Positions 27,775-37,695 of a stretch of 64,000 nt of DNA are shown here, in pieces (position 1 is the stretch's first letter; each line of letters opens with the position of its first letter). The stretch is taken from positions 48,422 to 112,421 of IMG/VR virus record IMGVR_UViG_3300046542_000271; one strand, written 5' to 3'. Under the pieces are notes generated by a model. The model searched no databases. It was not told the DNA's origin and saw only the letters and a program-made list of their open reading frames with translations. Made by a program: the position numbers and the translations under genes. The DNA is from a virus.

Positions 27775-28482
27775 TTATGGTTTCCAGTCGGCTGGGATAG
27801 TACCAGTCGCGGTTGGTAGACCTGTGGACGATGGGATACCAGCACCCATACCCGACGGCGTCAGACGGAAGTTATCGATCTTACAGAACTTACCGATAGT
27901 ACCGCTGACGATCTGCGTGGCGTTGGTCGTGACCGAACCGATGTACATCCGAGTCGTACTCTCCGACAACCAGACGTCCGACAAGGTAATAGAAGCCAAC
28001 TCGTTAGCGATGGTGACGTAGACGAAAATCGTCTTGTTGGCTGGAGTACCCGTCAATGGAATCGTCTGGCCGGACAGCGAGTAGGACTTACCGCTGATCA
28101 TGAGTGGGATAGTGCCCGTGAACACGATACTCATACCGGTGTACGACACAGCCAACGCCGTGGCACTCAACGCGCCAAACTGACTGAGTGGCAGGAGACC
28201 CACCCGCAACAGCGGGTCAGTGAGATCTGCCAGTTCATTCGGCGTGTACGCATTGAGTTGCTCAGGCGTCAGCGTGTGGGCGTTGTTGGTACGCGCTGCG
28301 TGAGTGTTGATGAGGGTATCCACCGGCGTTTGAATCTGCGCCGGTGTTTGCCCGTTCAACGTGGTAGCGTTTTCAGACGTGGCTGAGGTTGGGGCTTTCC
28401 GAGACAAGAGGCGAACCATCTCGTCCGAGAACTCCTTGATCTCCACCAGCAACGTCGCGATTTTCTCCTGGACCGTTGGCAT
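27775..28482 (-). CDS. Short tail-fibre paralogue (cassette 1, short a)
   Basis: HAARTNNAH.LT..QL, LPLSQFG, and GAGIPSSTGLP...W. Confidence 0.7.
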   Translation of the reverse strand: MPTVQEKIATLLVEIKEFSDEMVRLLSRKAPTSATSENATTLNGQTPAQIQTPVDTLINTHAARTNNAHTLTPEQLNAYTPNELADLTDPLLRVGLLPLSQFGALSATALAVSYTGMSIVFTGTIPLMISGKSYSLSGQTIPLTGTPANKTIFVYVTIANELASITLSDVWLSESTTRMYIGSVTTNATQIVSGTIGKFCKIDNFRLTPSGMGAGIPSSTGLPTATGTIPADWKP

Positions 28483-28485
28483 GTA

Positions 28486-31401
28486 TTAACTCCACTGCAA
28501 CTTGTCGGCGAGACGTGGGAGGCCAGAACTGACCGGGATAGCAGAACCACGGGCCGTCAAGCTGATACGGACGTTACCCAGACGGGTCACCTTCTCAATC
28601 TCGATGGTCGCGATCTGCGTGGCGTTGGTGATGACCTTACCCACGAACATGTTGGTGTTGGACTCAGCCGTCTGGTTAGTAGCCACCACATAGGTCGCCA
28701 CGTTACTGACGATCCGAACGTACACGTAGAACGTCCGGTTAGACGCATCAGCCAAGATCGTCCGCAGGTCCACACTCGATACCGGCAGTGTGTAGTAGTT
28801 CCCGTTGAGCACCACAGGGGTGTCTTCGGAGAAGTACAGGACCCAACCTTCGGCTGCCTTCTGAGAAGCCAAGCACGTCCATTGATCGGTAGGGGCTACA
28901 GTACCGCCAGACCACGCATCGTAGTCCGCCTGTGTCCGACCGATTGGCAGGAAGTTAAGCTTGGTGGTTTCGTCCGAATAGCCCGTCTCGCCGATCGTCC
29001 CCCAATGCAACCCGAACCCCAGAGATGGGTGGGCAATGAAATGCCGTCCCGAGGAGTTCGAATAGTGGTTGAAGGTCCGCATCTTGAAGTCGGAGCTGTG
29101 ATGGAACTCACCTTCCGCCTTGTTGTACGTGAACGCGATGGTTGGGATCGGGTTACCGCCTGGGACCAGGAAGTTTGCCGAGCAAGACGAACCGATCAAC
29201 ACCACATCGCCGTTATCCCACATCGAGCATGCGCCGGAGTACAGGATGTTGGTGGCGTTGTAGGCGATACCACGTCCGATAGCAGCATAGACGACGCGTT
29301 GAGGATAAACCTTACTCACGGTGACGTTGCTGATGTTGTCAGCCGCATCACGCACCACAGCACATTTGGCGATGGTGAAGATCAGGTTCTTCGACGTGTC
29401 CTGCGCTACCATCAGGGCGAACGGAGGAACACCGTTCTGTGTCGGTACCACCAACTCGATCACGTAGAACTCGAGCGGAGCTGCACCCACTTCCACCATC
29501 TTGTCGGAGATCGATTTACCGGTCTTCTGCAAGAGGGCTTCTGTGATGCTGACGTTGGCACCTACTGACAGATCGCCTGCGATGGACTTCTTGCCCGTCA
29601 GACGACTGAGAGTACCCAGACCAGGACTGCCGCAGATAAAGCGCAGACTGGAGCAGAATACACCGCTAGCGTTGACTTCGTTGACTGGAGCCTCGTAGTC
29701 AGCTTGCGCCAACCCCATGTCAGTCAGGAAGCGCCGATCGGCCGAGGGGGCGAAACCTTTGATCTGGCCCCGATAGATCGAATCGTAGATATAGTTGTTG
29801 CCCGTACCTTCCAGCGTGGTCGTCACCAGACCCCGTTGATAAGCACCGGCAGCATTCACGCCATCAGCCATCATGACCAGCTTGGTAGCCGAGACCAGCG
29901 AGGGACTGTGGAAGTTACTCCCCAGCGCTGTACCGAACGACGGACGAACCGCCACGCTACCCTTACTGCTGATAGTGGTGGCGGTGACCTCCAGGTTATC
30001 GAACCGGCTAACGAAGTTGTTCATCTTGCCGATCTGGATGGTCATGTTGTCCACACCGGTCGACACCATCATCCTGAACGCATTACCGTACTCGTCGAAG
30101 CAGTACGTCGACTTCTGCTGGCCAGTGGTCGCGAGCTTGTCATACGTGAGCATGTCGTAGACAGGACCTTCGTACGAGGGTAGATCGCCCGCTTCTCGAA
30201 CGATGCTTTGACCAGCCAACATCGCCGTGTCCAACTTGGCGACCTTGGTCACTGGGTTGTAGGTGAAGCTGAAACCGATCCCCTGGTAGAGCGAGTTACC
30301 GGTGGTCACGCAACGAGACTGACCGTAGACCTTGGTGCGGATCAGGCCAGAGACCTCATCGTACGCCGAGACCATCGTCGGGACGTCCCAATAGAACACC
30401 ACTGCACTCGAGAACGTACCAACCAGCAACACCATTGGGTTATCGGCAGGAAGGTAACTGCCCAGCTTGTTAGCCAGACGAATGCCGTTCATGCCGTTGT
30501 AGTCGATGTTGCCAAAACCCTTGGCATTGATGCCAGTGACTTGGGTCAACGTAACGACCGCGCCGTTTGCAGCGTTCAGCGTAGCCTTCGACATGGTGAA
30601 GACCGACACTTCCCACGGGTTGGCCTGGTTCACTGCCGGTAGACCGTAGAACAGCACGTTGTTACCAGCGAGGATGGCTTCACCGTCTTTACCCATGGCT
30701 TCCGCCGCGGCTTTAGGGATGATACCACCTGTATGCTTCGAATCGTCGAAGGTACCGTTGGACAGAGCTAGGAAGTAATCGCCAGGTACACCAGCTGCAT
30801 CCTGGAGCTGACCGAAGATAACCGACGAGCTCGATGCAAACACCGAATGAGCCGATTGTCCAGCAGGGAACCAGGAAGGACGATAGCGACGTGTGGTCTT
30901 GACCGGCTGGCTGGCACGGATAGCAGCGTTAGGCATGAACGCGTAGAACACGCCGCTCTTCGCCCCGTCCGTACCGTTACGCAGATAAACAGCCGTACCG
31001 TCTTCTTCGATGATGGCCGCACAGGCGTTGCGCAGTTTAGCCGTCGTACCGCCTTCGAAGCTACCTGTCACGCCGGGCGGCAGATAGTTGAGGCTACCAT
31101 AGCGGCAGATCGGTACGATGGCCTTAGGCATCAGCTCAGCTTCGATGGCTTTCCAGTCAGCATCCAAGTGGATACCAACACTCGCAGCCGTATCGTTGTG
31201 AGCGTTACCCGTTTTGATAACGTGTGCTTTGGTCGCTGCTTTCACAGCGGTTGCGAGTTGGGATGCCGTCTTCCCACCAACCATCCCCGAAACATCGGAC
31301 GTGGCGGCAGTCTTACGTTGACCAACTATCAATTCACCGACTTTGGTGAACGTGTTGTTCATTGCCGTTTTCAGGGCGGCGAGGGATGTGGTCACACTCA
31401 T
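28486..31401 (-). CDS. Long tail-fibre protein (phiKZ gp145/146-like; cassette 1)
   Basis: YLPPGVTGSFEGG, EEDGTAVYLRNGTDG...GVFY, and C-terminal RGSAIPVSSGLP...W. Confidence 0.75.
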   Translation of the reverse strand: MSVTTSLAALKTAMNNTFTKVGELIVGQRKTAATSDVSGMVGGKTASQLATAVKAATKAHVIKTGNAHNDTAASVGIHLDADWKAIEAELMPKAIVPICRYGSLNYLPPGVTGSFEGGTTAKLRNACAAIIEEDGTAVYLRNGTDGAKSGVFYAFMPNAAIRASQPVKTTRRYRPSWFPAGQSAHSVFASSSSVIFGQLQDAAGVPGDYFLALSNGTFDDSKHTGGIIPKAAAEAMGKDGEAILAGNNVLFYGLPAVNQANPWEVSVFTMSKATLNAANGAVVTLTQVTGINAKGFGNIDYNGMNGIRLANKLGSYLPADNPMVLLVGTFSSAVVFYWDVPTMVSAYDEVSGLIRTKVYGQSRCVTTGNSLYQGIGFSFTYNPVTKVAKLDTAMLAGQSIVREAGDLPSYEGPVYDMLTYDKLATTGQQKSTYCFDEYGNAFRMMVSTGVDNMTIQIGKMNNFVSRFDNLEVTATTISSKGSVAVRPSFGTALGSNFHSPSLVSATKLVMMADGVNAAGAYQRGLVTTTLEGTGNNYIYDSIYRGQIKGFAPSADRRFLTDMGLAQADYEAPVNEVNASGVFCSSLRFICGSPGLGTLSRLTGKKSIAGDLSVGANVSITEALLQKTGKSISDKMVEVGAAPLEFYVIELVVPTQNGVPPFALMVAQDTSKNLIFTIAKCAVVRDAADNISNVTVSKVYPQRVVYAAIGRGIAYNATNILYSGACSMWDNGDVVLIGSSCSANFLVPGGNPIPTIAFTYNKAEGEFHHSSDFKMRTFNHYSNSSGRHFIAHPSLGFGLHWGTIGETGYSDETTKLNFLPIGRTQADYDAWSGGTVAPTDQWTCLASQKAAEGWVLYFSEDTPVVLNGNYYTLPVSSVDLRTILADASNRTFYVYVRIVSNVATYVVATNQTAESNTNMFVGKVITNATQIATIEIEKVTRLGNVRISLTARGSAIPVSSGLPRLADKLQWS

Positions 31402-31413
31402 GAAGAGAGTCCT

Positions 31414-32235
31414 TTACAGGTTGGAAAGGTCCGTGGCTGCCTGGTTGTACGTGGCAGTCATCGAGTCGATCGTCGTCACGAGGTTAGCGTTAGTGGTATC
31501 AGCACCAACCTGGATAGCCGCCAACTGGTTAGCCGCTGTCGTGTAGGACGTGGTCATCGAATCGATCATGGCGATCAAGTCTTCTTCAGCCGCACCACCG
31601 CCGGTGTCGAGACCTTGCAGGATCGCGTCCATCTCGTCGCGACTGTAATACTCGCTGAACAAGACGGGTGGGTTTTCCAACCAATGATCGGTGCGCTCAC
31701 GGATAGCCGCGGCGATGTCATAGTTGGAGGCGATGACTTCGGCCAGGCCGGTCATGTCGGTAACGTCGTGGGCGTGTTCGATAGGAGGGAATGCGGTCGG
31801 AACCCCACTCACTTCTTCGTACGTCACAGTCCGTGGATCGAGTGCCCGGTTAGAGGCAATTTCCAGCAACTTGGTTTCGTTGAGAGACCAGCTACCGCCG
31901 AGGACTTGGTATTCGGTAATTTCCACGATACCAGACAGTGTCCGGTCCATGAACAGAATACTTTGATAGATACCGCCACGGATACCTTCAGTTTCATAAC
32001 TCGCGCTATGGAACTTATGACCCGGCATCCAGTCCACGCCACGGATCAAAGTCTTGCCCGTGGTGATGTGTTTCAGCTTCAGCGTGTCACGGTAGTACGG
32101 ACCTGCCTTCGTGAGGATGAAATGATAGTCCAGCGGTTCGCCCGGAGGATTCAACGTTTGGCGCTCTTTGAGCACCTTGTTTGTAGCGGCTTGTCCTGTG
32201 AGATCCACAGGGTACAAGTAATCAGTGAGTGCCAT
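31414..32235 (-). CDS. Virion protein, putative fibre adapter (cassette 1)
   Basis: YPVDLTG....NKV..E, GPYY, YQVLGG.WS, P..FPP..H.H and SNYDIAAAIRE. Confidence 0.7.
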   Translation of the reverse strand: MALTDYLYPVDLTGQAATNKVLKERQTLNPPGEPLDYHFILTKAGPYYRDTLKLKHITTGKTLIRGVDWMPGHKFHSASYETEGIRGGIYQSILFMDRTLSGIVEITEYQVLGGSWSLNETKLLEIASNRALDPRTVTYEEVSGVPTAFPPIEHAHDVTDMTGLAEVIASNYDIAAAIRERTDHWLENPPVLFSEYYSRDEMDAILQGLDTGGGAAEEDLIAMIDSMTTSYTTAANQLAAIQVGADTTNANLVTTIDSMTATYNQAATDLSNL

Positions 32236-32320
32236 TAATCGTCTCCGGTTCTAATGCGGACATCGCCCGCAACTGGGATGTAACGCATATAATTTTTGAT
32301 CGTCCGTACAGGAGTCGAAC

Positions 32321-33577
32321 ATGTTTACGCTTGTAACTGCAATGGCGAGTCTTCGTGGTGCAAACCAACGACTGGTAACGACTGATGTCCGTACCACTTT
32401 GGTCCGGGATCTCATGACGAAGTACAGTCAGTGCATCCTCATTTTGTCCCACCCTTCTATCGATCACCAGGTGAGTCTCGACGTCTCTAAAGTCGCCACC
32501 ATGTTCTACCAATACAGTCCTAACCTGACTACGGTGCAATGGTTGACCGCTATTGGTGATAGTGATGTCCCGTTTGACCTCACCGTGCCCACTGTGGTGA
32601 AGTCGAGTGCCCTTGCTTCGGAAGCTTACGCTGCCGGATACAACGTACAACGCATCCACCCATTGGCCGGTGAAGGCAACCAGTACCCTGATCCAGAACT
32701 GACCCACCTGCGATTGACCCGTCCCGATACCGACTACATGGACGTGTTCAACAACTGCCTGGCCAGTGTCAACGGTCTGCTTCATTTAACTGACGCAGGC
32801 ACTGACGGCTTCCGCATCATTGACGGCGGCAAGAGTGTTAACCTCTCTGGCCGTAATGAAGTCGGCTTGATCAGTTTCAAGAATGTTGGCAAGATCCAGT
32901 GCTACCCAGTGACCGCATCGATGATCACCGGTCGCAAAGGGTTGCCATTGGCTCAAGGCGCTGTACTCACCGCACCTGGTGCTGACTTCAGCAACAAGTA
33001 CGTGATGTTGGTGGTGGGCGGCTTCCTTCACACGGCTGGCAACCAGTACAAGGTCGTGGGTAAGAACTCCGTCATGCTCGAATGGTGGAAGCTGCCTCTG
33101 CATCGTCGGTACAACGATACCCGTAAGCTGATCGACTGGACTCCAGTGACCAAGCTGATGGATCGTAACCTCGAACACACCGGCGCCATTGACCTTAACC
33201 TGATGAACACGGACCCGTGCATCAAAGCATACCTGACGATGAGCAATACCTTCCTCATCGCCGTGGATTCGCCGAACCTGTTCTTCGAGAACGTTCCGGT
33301 AGAACGCACTGGTCTTGCAGGCCGCTACTACAGTTACGTCCCACCCATCTGGCCACTGATCCTGGCGAACGGCTTCTTGCCTCCGTACACCATCCACGGT
33401 AACAACGGGATGTACTGCATGGCGGTGGATGTCAACAACCTGCCGAACTACCTCCACGACACACGCAACGTCATGGACGGTGATGCCTACGAGAACGACG
33501 CCAAGGTGCATGCCCCTAATAAGGAATACGCCAGCGCCTACTTCATGGACATCTTCAACGAACGTTTGAAGTATTGA
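32321..33577 (+). CDS. Conserved phiKZ-like virion structural protein
   Basis: SD AGGAG. NCLASVNGLLH motif. Flanked by tail genes. Confidence 0.6.
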   Translation: MFTLVTAMASLRGANQRLVTTDVRTTLVRDLMTKYSQCILILSHPSIDHQVSLDVSKVATMFYQYSPNLTTVQWLTAIGDSDVPFDLTVPTVVKSSALASEAYAAGYNVQRIHPLAGEGNQYPDPELTHLRLTRPDTDYMDVFNNCLASVNGLLHLTDAGTDGFRIIDGGKSVNLSGRNEVGLISFKNVGKIQCYPVTASMITGRKGLPLAQGAVLTAPGADFSNKYVMLVVGGFLHTAGNQYKVVGKNSVMLEWWKLPLHRRYNDTRKLIDWTPVTKLMDRNLEHTGAIDLNLMNTDPCIKAYLTMSNTFLIAVDSPNLFFENVPVERTGLAGRYYSYVPPIWPLILANGFLPPYTIHGNNGMYCMAVDVNNLPNYLHDTRNVMDGDAYENDAKVHAPNKEYASAYFMDIFNERLKY

Positions 33578-33613
33578 GCATAAAGAGGCTGGGGACATCC
33601 CCAGCCTCTATGC
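33578..33613. terminator. Bidirectional terminator with GCATA/TATGC flanks
   Basis: GCATAAAGAGGCTGGGG-ACAT-CCCCAGCCTCTATGC between convergent genes, with no U-tract. Confidence 0.8.
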
Positions 33614-33614
33614 C

Positions 33615-33881
33615 CTACATGGGAAGGTCGAACCACGGATTGCCGTCTGCCGTATGCCCACAACTGGCAGCACAGCCTTGAATGACAACTGGGATGCCTT
33701 CAATAGACATCCAGCTGGTAGCCATCACCATTGCAGGTCCTTGGTGGATACCTGGAGCGTGACTCATCACCCCATCGCCCAGCAAGGACATTGGGAGGCC
33801 CTCTGCGGTCCAATGAGGAGCTCCTGGCCCGGTGATAAGGCCTCCGGCTTGTGACTGCCCTACAAGAGAGATCAGAGGCAT
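33615..33881 (-). CDS. PAAR-like spike tip protein
   Basis: 88 aa with EGLPMSLLGD...H...H and IEGIPVV.QG..ASCGH metal-binding pattern. Start overlaps the spike gene stop (TAATG). Confidence 0.8.
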   Translation of the reverse strand: MPLISLVGQSQAGGLITGPGAPHWTAEGLPMSLLGDGVMSHAPGIHQGPAMVMATSWMSIEGIPVVIQGCAASCGHTADGNPWFDLPM

Positions 33882-34750
33882 TAGCGACTACCTGTGAATT
33901 TCGGAGTTTTGAGCGTAGTACCAGCCGCGGTGAGCGTCATCTTACTGCCCCCACCATCGATACTGGCCAAGACGCCGCCTTTGGTGCGAAGGTTCTGTTT
34001 GGCTTCGACGTCGATATTGTTACCAGCTGTGACCTTGATGTCCTTCCCCGCCTTGACTTCAATGTTACGCTTGATGTCAGCGAACATGTCCTGGGGTGCG
34101 TACATCTTGATGTCTTGCTGGTCGATCTTGACGAACGTACCTTTGGCGTTCTGAAGGTGAATCAGGTTGACCTTGGACTGTACGTTGATCAAGTTACCGA
34201 TGTCGTCGGTGTACATGAACTCACCGGCGTCCGTATCGATGTAGAGTTCGTGCTGATACGACTCGCCCTGAGACTTGCTCGAACAGAATGCCAAGCGCTT
34301 ACTGTGCGTCGAGAACTCGATCCAGTACATGTTCTCCGGTTTGAGCTCGGTGACCGATTCATCGGTGGTGTTACTGATGCCGATGACGATGGTTTCGAGC
34401 TTATGGAGATGATCGTCCAACCCCATGGTCTTCCAGTAGTACTTGTCGGCGTCTGCGGTGGCCCACAGCTCGACATGGACACCACGGCGTACATCAGGAG
34501 GGGATAGGCGGTTAGAGCCGCTAGGCATCCACGTAGCCTTGACCACCTGGTCCGTCAACATCATGCCTTGCGATTCGTTACCGTCGATGTCTTTGGCTTT
34601 GTGGGTCATCTTTGCAGCGTTGGACGCCATCTCGCCATCGTGCATGGGCAGCCATTCGGTTGGGGTGACCTCGATCTCCCGTTCCATGATTGCCTTGTTG
34701 TTGGCCACGACACCCACACCGACCATCTTAAATACTGAAGCCTTGGCCAT
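33881..34750 (-). CDS. Baseplate central spike protein (gpV/gp5-like; phiKZ gp164-like)
   Basis: OB-fold-like N-terminus (W.P..SNR..PPDVRRG). C-terminal 8-residue beta-helix repeats (IEVKAGKD IKVTAGNN IDVEAKQN). Followed by PAAR. Confidence 0.75.
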   Translation of the reverse strand: MAKASVFKMVGVGVVANNKAIMEREIEVTPTEWLPMHDGEMASNAAKMTHKAKDIDGNESQGMMLTDQVVKATWMPSGSNRLSPPDVRRGVHVELWATADADKYYWKTMGLDDHLHKLETIVIGISNTTDESVTELKPENMYWIEFSTHSKRLAFCSSKSQGESYQHELYIDTDAGEFMYTDDIGNLINVQSKVNLIHLQNAKGTFVKIDQQDIKMYAPQDMFADIKRNIEVKAGKDIKVTAGNNIDVEAKQNLRTKGGVLASIDGGGSKMTLTAAGTTLKTPKFTGSR

Positions 34751-34816
34751 GAGTACCTCGTAAAGTTTCACACACTGAAAGTATGGTAAAGAAGAAAGGC
34801 TCGGAGCTGATAAATC

Positions 34817-37246
34817 ATGTTCTACGATTACATTCGCATTCACAAATGCAACCGGCTCACTAAGCCTACTATAGTTATTCGTCCAACCAAACGCATTCAA
34901 ATGGTGTTGGGGACAAACGGTTCCGGAAAGAGTAGTCTGTTGTCGATTGGCTTCTCCCCACTCCCGACTAACGAGAAAGACTTCTTCCCAGGCGGTGGAC
35001 GTGAAGTCCATATCCACGATCGGGGTCGGAAGTTCATCATCATTGAGAAGTACGAATCGAAGAAGTATTACTCCTTCATCGTAGACGGGGAAGAAAAGAA
35101 CGACGGTCATACGATCACAGTTCAGCTGGAACTCGTGAAGGAGTATTTCAACTATACTCCAGAGATCCACAACTTCGTGATTGGCAAGACCAAGTTCACC
35201 GAACTCAACCCTACGCAACGTCGTGATTGGATTGCTCGGATGTCCGAATCGGACTTCAACTTTGCTTTCCGTCAGTTCGAACGTTTCCGTAAAGGCTACT
35301 CAGCTGCCTCGTCCGTCGTAACGTTCTTGCGTGGTCGTCTTAATGATGAACGCAAACGTTTGCTGGAACCGAATGACGCTATCGAGATGCGTGCTCGTGC
35401 CGTCACTCTGAAAGCTGAGATCCGTTCGTTGATGTCGATCCCTCGTATGGAAGGTGACTACATCAGCATGGCTGACCTCCAGGACGAGTACAACGCTCTG
35501 TTCAATGGGTTCGATGTATTCAGCCGGATGGAATACCCACGTCTATTGCAAGGCGGTAAGACCTACGATGATCTGGTTGAAGACCTGACCTCTCGTTCGA
35601 CTGCCTTGAAAGCCGTACAAGAAGAGCGGGGATCTAACCTCGCCGATTTGAACCAGAGGCTGGTGCGTATCAAGAGTCTGATGTCGGTTGACCCCGATGC
35701 CTTGACCGATGAGCACAAAGCCTTGACTGAGCAACTGGATAGCTTGCCGATGTTCACCATCGACATCAATCCATCGCTGATCGTGCGTTGCGACAACGTG
35801 ATTCAAGCGTTGCGCTTTGCGTGTGCTGAACTCCCCGCTACTCGAGTGACGCACAATGCACTGATGGCTATCTCTGAGCGGCTACAGTCGCGTCAGATCG
35901 CTTTCAGCAAAGCCGACAACCTGTTGAACACCATTGGTGAACGACTGCACCAGATCGAACGGTGCGACACCGTGACCTGTCCTTCGTGCCAGCATGGTTT
36001 CAAGCCTGGGATCAACCCTACCGAAGTTGGTGAACTGCGTGAACGCCAACAGAAGGGTGATGACTTCATCAAGACCGTCTCGGTAGAAGTGGCAACGTTG
36101 GCTGACGAGCTGGCGGATGCAGACAATAACTTCAAAGCGTTTGAAGGTCTCGAAGAGGTTCGTCGTCGTTACATCCAACAACATCCTGGTTTGTTCGCTT
36201 ACCTGGATAGCGTGGGTGGTTTCGATCTGGGACGTGGTCTCTACGAGAAGTTGGCAATGTACGAGCGTGCAGTAACCCTGCATGAGAAGTCGACTGCATT
36301 GAACAAGCGGATCACTGAGATCAGGAACGCGTTGGAAAGCTACGAGCGTGAAGGGGCTGGCTTCAATGACCTGACTGCTCAACGCGATGCGCTGTTCAAG
36401 AGTTACCGCAAGACGTTTGAAGATCGTACCGCAGTAGACCTGGAGCTGAAGGACGTCAAAGACGACCGTTCCTACGACACACTCTTCGCCCAGTGGTACG
36501 GGGATGTTGAAGAGAAGGTGGAGGATTGGAAGCTCAAGCTGATCGCGTACCTGGATCGTGAAGCTGAGGTCATGGCGGATGAGGAGATTGCCAAACTCCA
36601 GACGACTCTAGCCATCAACGAAACAGCGTTGGCTGAAGACGATCTGGTGATGACGATCGTGAAAGACCTCGAGCAGCAACTGGAGAAGAAGCTCATTGAG
36701 CAGCAGGCGTACAAACACCTGACTGATGCAATGTCGCCGAAGACTGGTTTGATTGCTGAACAGATCACAGCGCAGATCGGTGCGATTGTTGGCGGTGTGA
36801 ACCAGATGCTCAAACGCGTATGGAACCACCCGATGTATATCCAGATGCCTGAACGTGAAGATGTGGACTTGGATTACAAGTTCCCTATCGTGGACGAGAA
36901 CCGCACACGTAAAGACATCGCCGATGGTTCTGACTCGATGCTTGAGATCGTGAACCGTGCGTTTGTGTTGACGCTCTACTATAGCCTGAACATGACCGGG
37001 TACCCACTCTTCCTGGATGAGCCTGGTCGTACGTTTGACGAGACCCACGCCCACAACCTGATCCCGCTGATTAAGGATCTTGTGGACAGTGACCGCTTCA
37101 GTCAGATCCTGATCATCAGTCACGACCCTGACAACCAGCGAGCGTTCCCCAACTCCGAAACCATCATCATTGATGACCGGAACATCAACTATCCCCACCC
37201 TTATAACGAGCATGTGGAATTCGAATATGCGGAAGCTGACCATTGA
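34817..37246 (+). CDS. sbcC: SbcC/Rad50-like ATPase
   Basis: Walker A GTNGSGKS, coiled coils with a CPSC zinc hook, Walker B FLDE, and IISH switch. Confidence 0.9.
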   Translation: MFYDYIRIHKCNRLTKPTIVIRPTKRIQMVLGTNGSGKSSLLSIGFSPLPTNEKDFFPGGGREVHIHDRGRKFIIIEKYESKKYYSFIVDGEEKNDGHTITVQLELVKEYFNYTPEIHNFVIGKTKFTELNPTQRRDWIARMSESDFNFAFRQFERFRKGYSAASSVVTFLRGRLNDERKRLLEPNDAIEMRARAVTLKAEIRSLMSIPRMEGDYISMADLQDEYNALFNGFDVFSRMEYPRLLQGGKTYDDLVEDLTSRSTALKAVQEERGSNLADLNQRLVRIKSLMSVDPDALTDEHKALTEQLDSLPMFTIDINPSLIVRCDNVIQALRFACAELPATRVTHNALMAISERLQSRQIAFSKADNLLNTIGERLHQIERCDTVTCPSCQHGFKPGINPTEVGELRERQQKGDDFIKTVSVEVATLADELADADNNFKAFEGLEEVRRRYIQQHPGLFAYLDSVGGFDLGRGLYEKLAMYERAVTLHEKSTALNKRITEIRNALESYEREGAGFNDLTAQRDALFKSYRKTFEDRTAVDLELKDVKDDRSYDTLFAQWYGDVEEKVEDWKLKLIAYLDREAEVMADEEIAKLQTTLAINETALAEDDLVMTIVKDLEQQLEKKLIEQQAYKHLTDAMSPKTGLIAEQITAQIGAIVGGVNQMLKRVWNHPMYIQMPEREDVDLDYKFPIVDENRTRKDIADGSDSMLEIVNRAFVLTLYYSLNMTGYPLFLDEPGRTFDETHAHNLIPLIKDLVDSDRFSQILIISHDPDNQRAFPNSETIIIDDRNINYPHPYNEHVEFEYAEADH

Positions 37247-37646
37247 AGGTAAGCCAGTTCCTATCTGGATGGAAACACAAGAAGACGTAACGAAGATGAT
37301 CTCGATGTGTCGTGAGGTCGAATCCTACGGCTACGTGGAAGCGAAGTGTGCAATGGCAGTGCAGGCGGCGTTGATGGAAGGACTTGTCCCGGTCATCACT
37401 TGCCCGCTCGACGACATGGAATCCTTCCTCCAGCGTAAGCAGCCGGTCCTGTTCTGCATCGAGAAAGTTCGTTGTAAGATCGGCACACGAGTGAACCCTC
37501 TCAAAGAGAAGGTCGTTCGGTTGCGATTACAGTACCCTGGTCTGGTGGCGTATGGGGAGTCACCTCCCCTGCACAGTGGTGAGCGTAGCGTGTGGGGTAT
37601 TCCTCATCAACACGCCATGTGTTTCGAAGAGTTCGGCTACTCCTAA
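37227..37646 (+). CDS. Hypothetical protein
   Basis: Overlaps the sbcC end and ends before a terminator. Confidence 0.6.
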   Translation: MRKLTIEGKPVPIWMETQEDVTKMISMCREVESYGYVEAKCAMAVQAALMEGLVPVITCPLDDMESFLQRKQPVLFCIEKVRCKIGTRVNPLKEKVVRLRLQYPGLVAYGESPPLHSGERSVWGIPHQHAMCFEEFGYS

Positions 37647-37652
37647 GTTGCA

Positions 37653-37687
37653 GCATAGAGGCAGGGCTACGCGCCCTGCCTCTATGC
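37653..37687. terminator. Bidirectional terminator with GCATA/TATGC flanks
   Basis: GCATAGAGGCAGGGC-TACGC-GCCCTGCCTCTATGC, a perfect 15-bp stem. Confidence 0.85.
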
Positions 37688-37695
37688 CCTTTACG

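Noticed and set aside
34751-35218. N-terminal extension of the spike ORF (445 aa in the track)
   Set aside because: It overlaps sbcC on the opposite strand. The SD GAGG supports the start at 34750.
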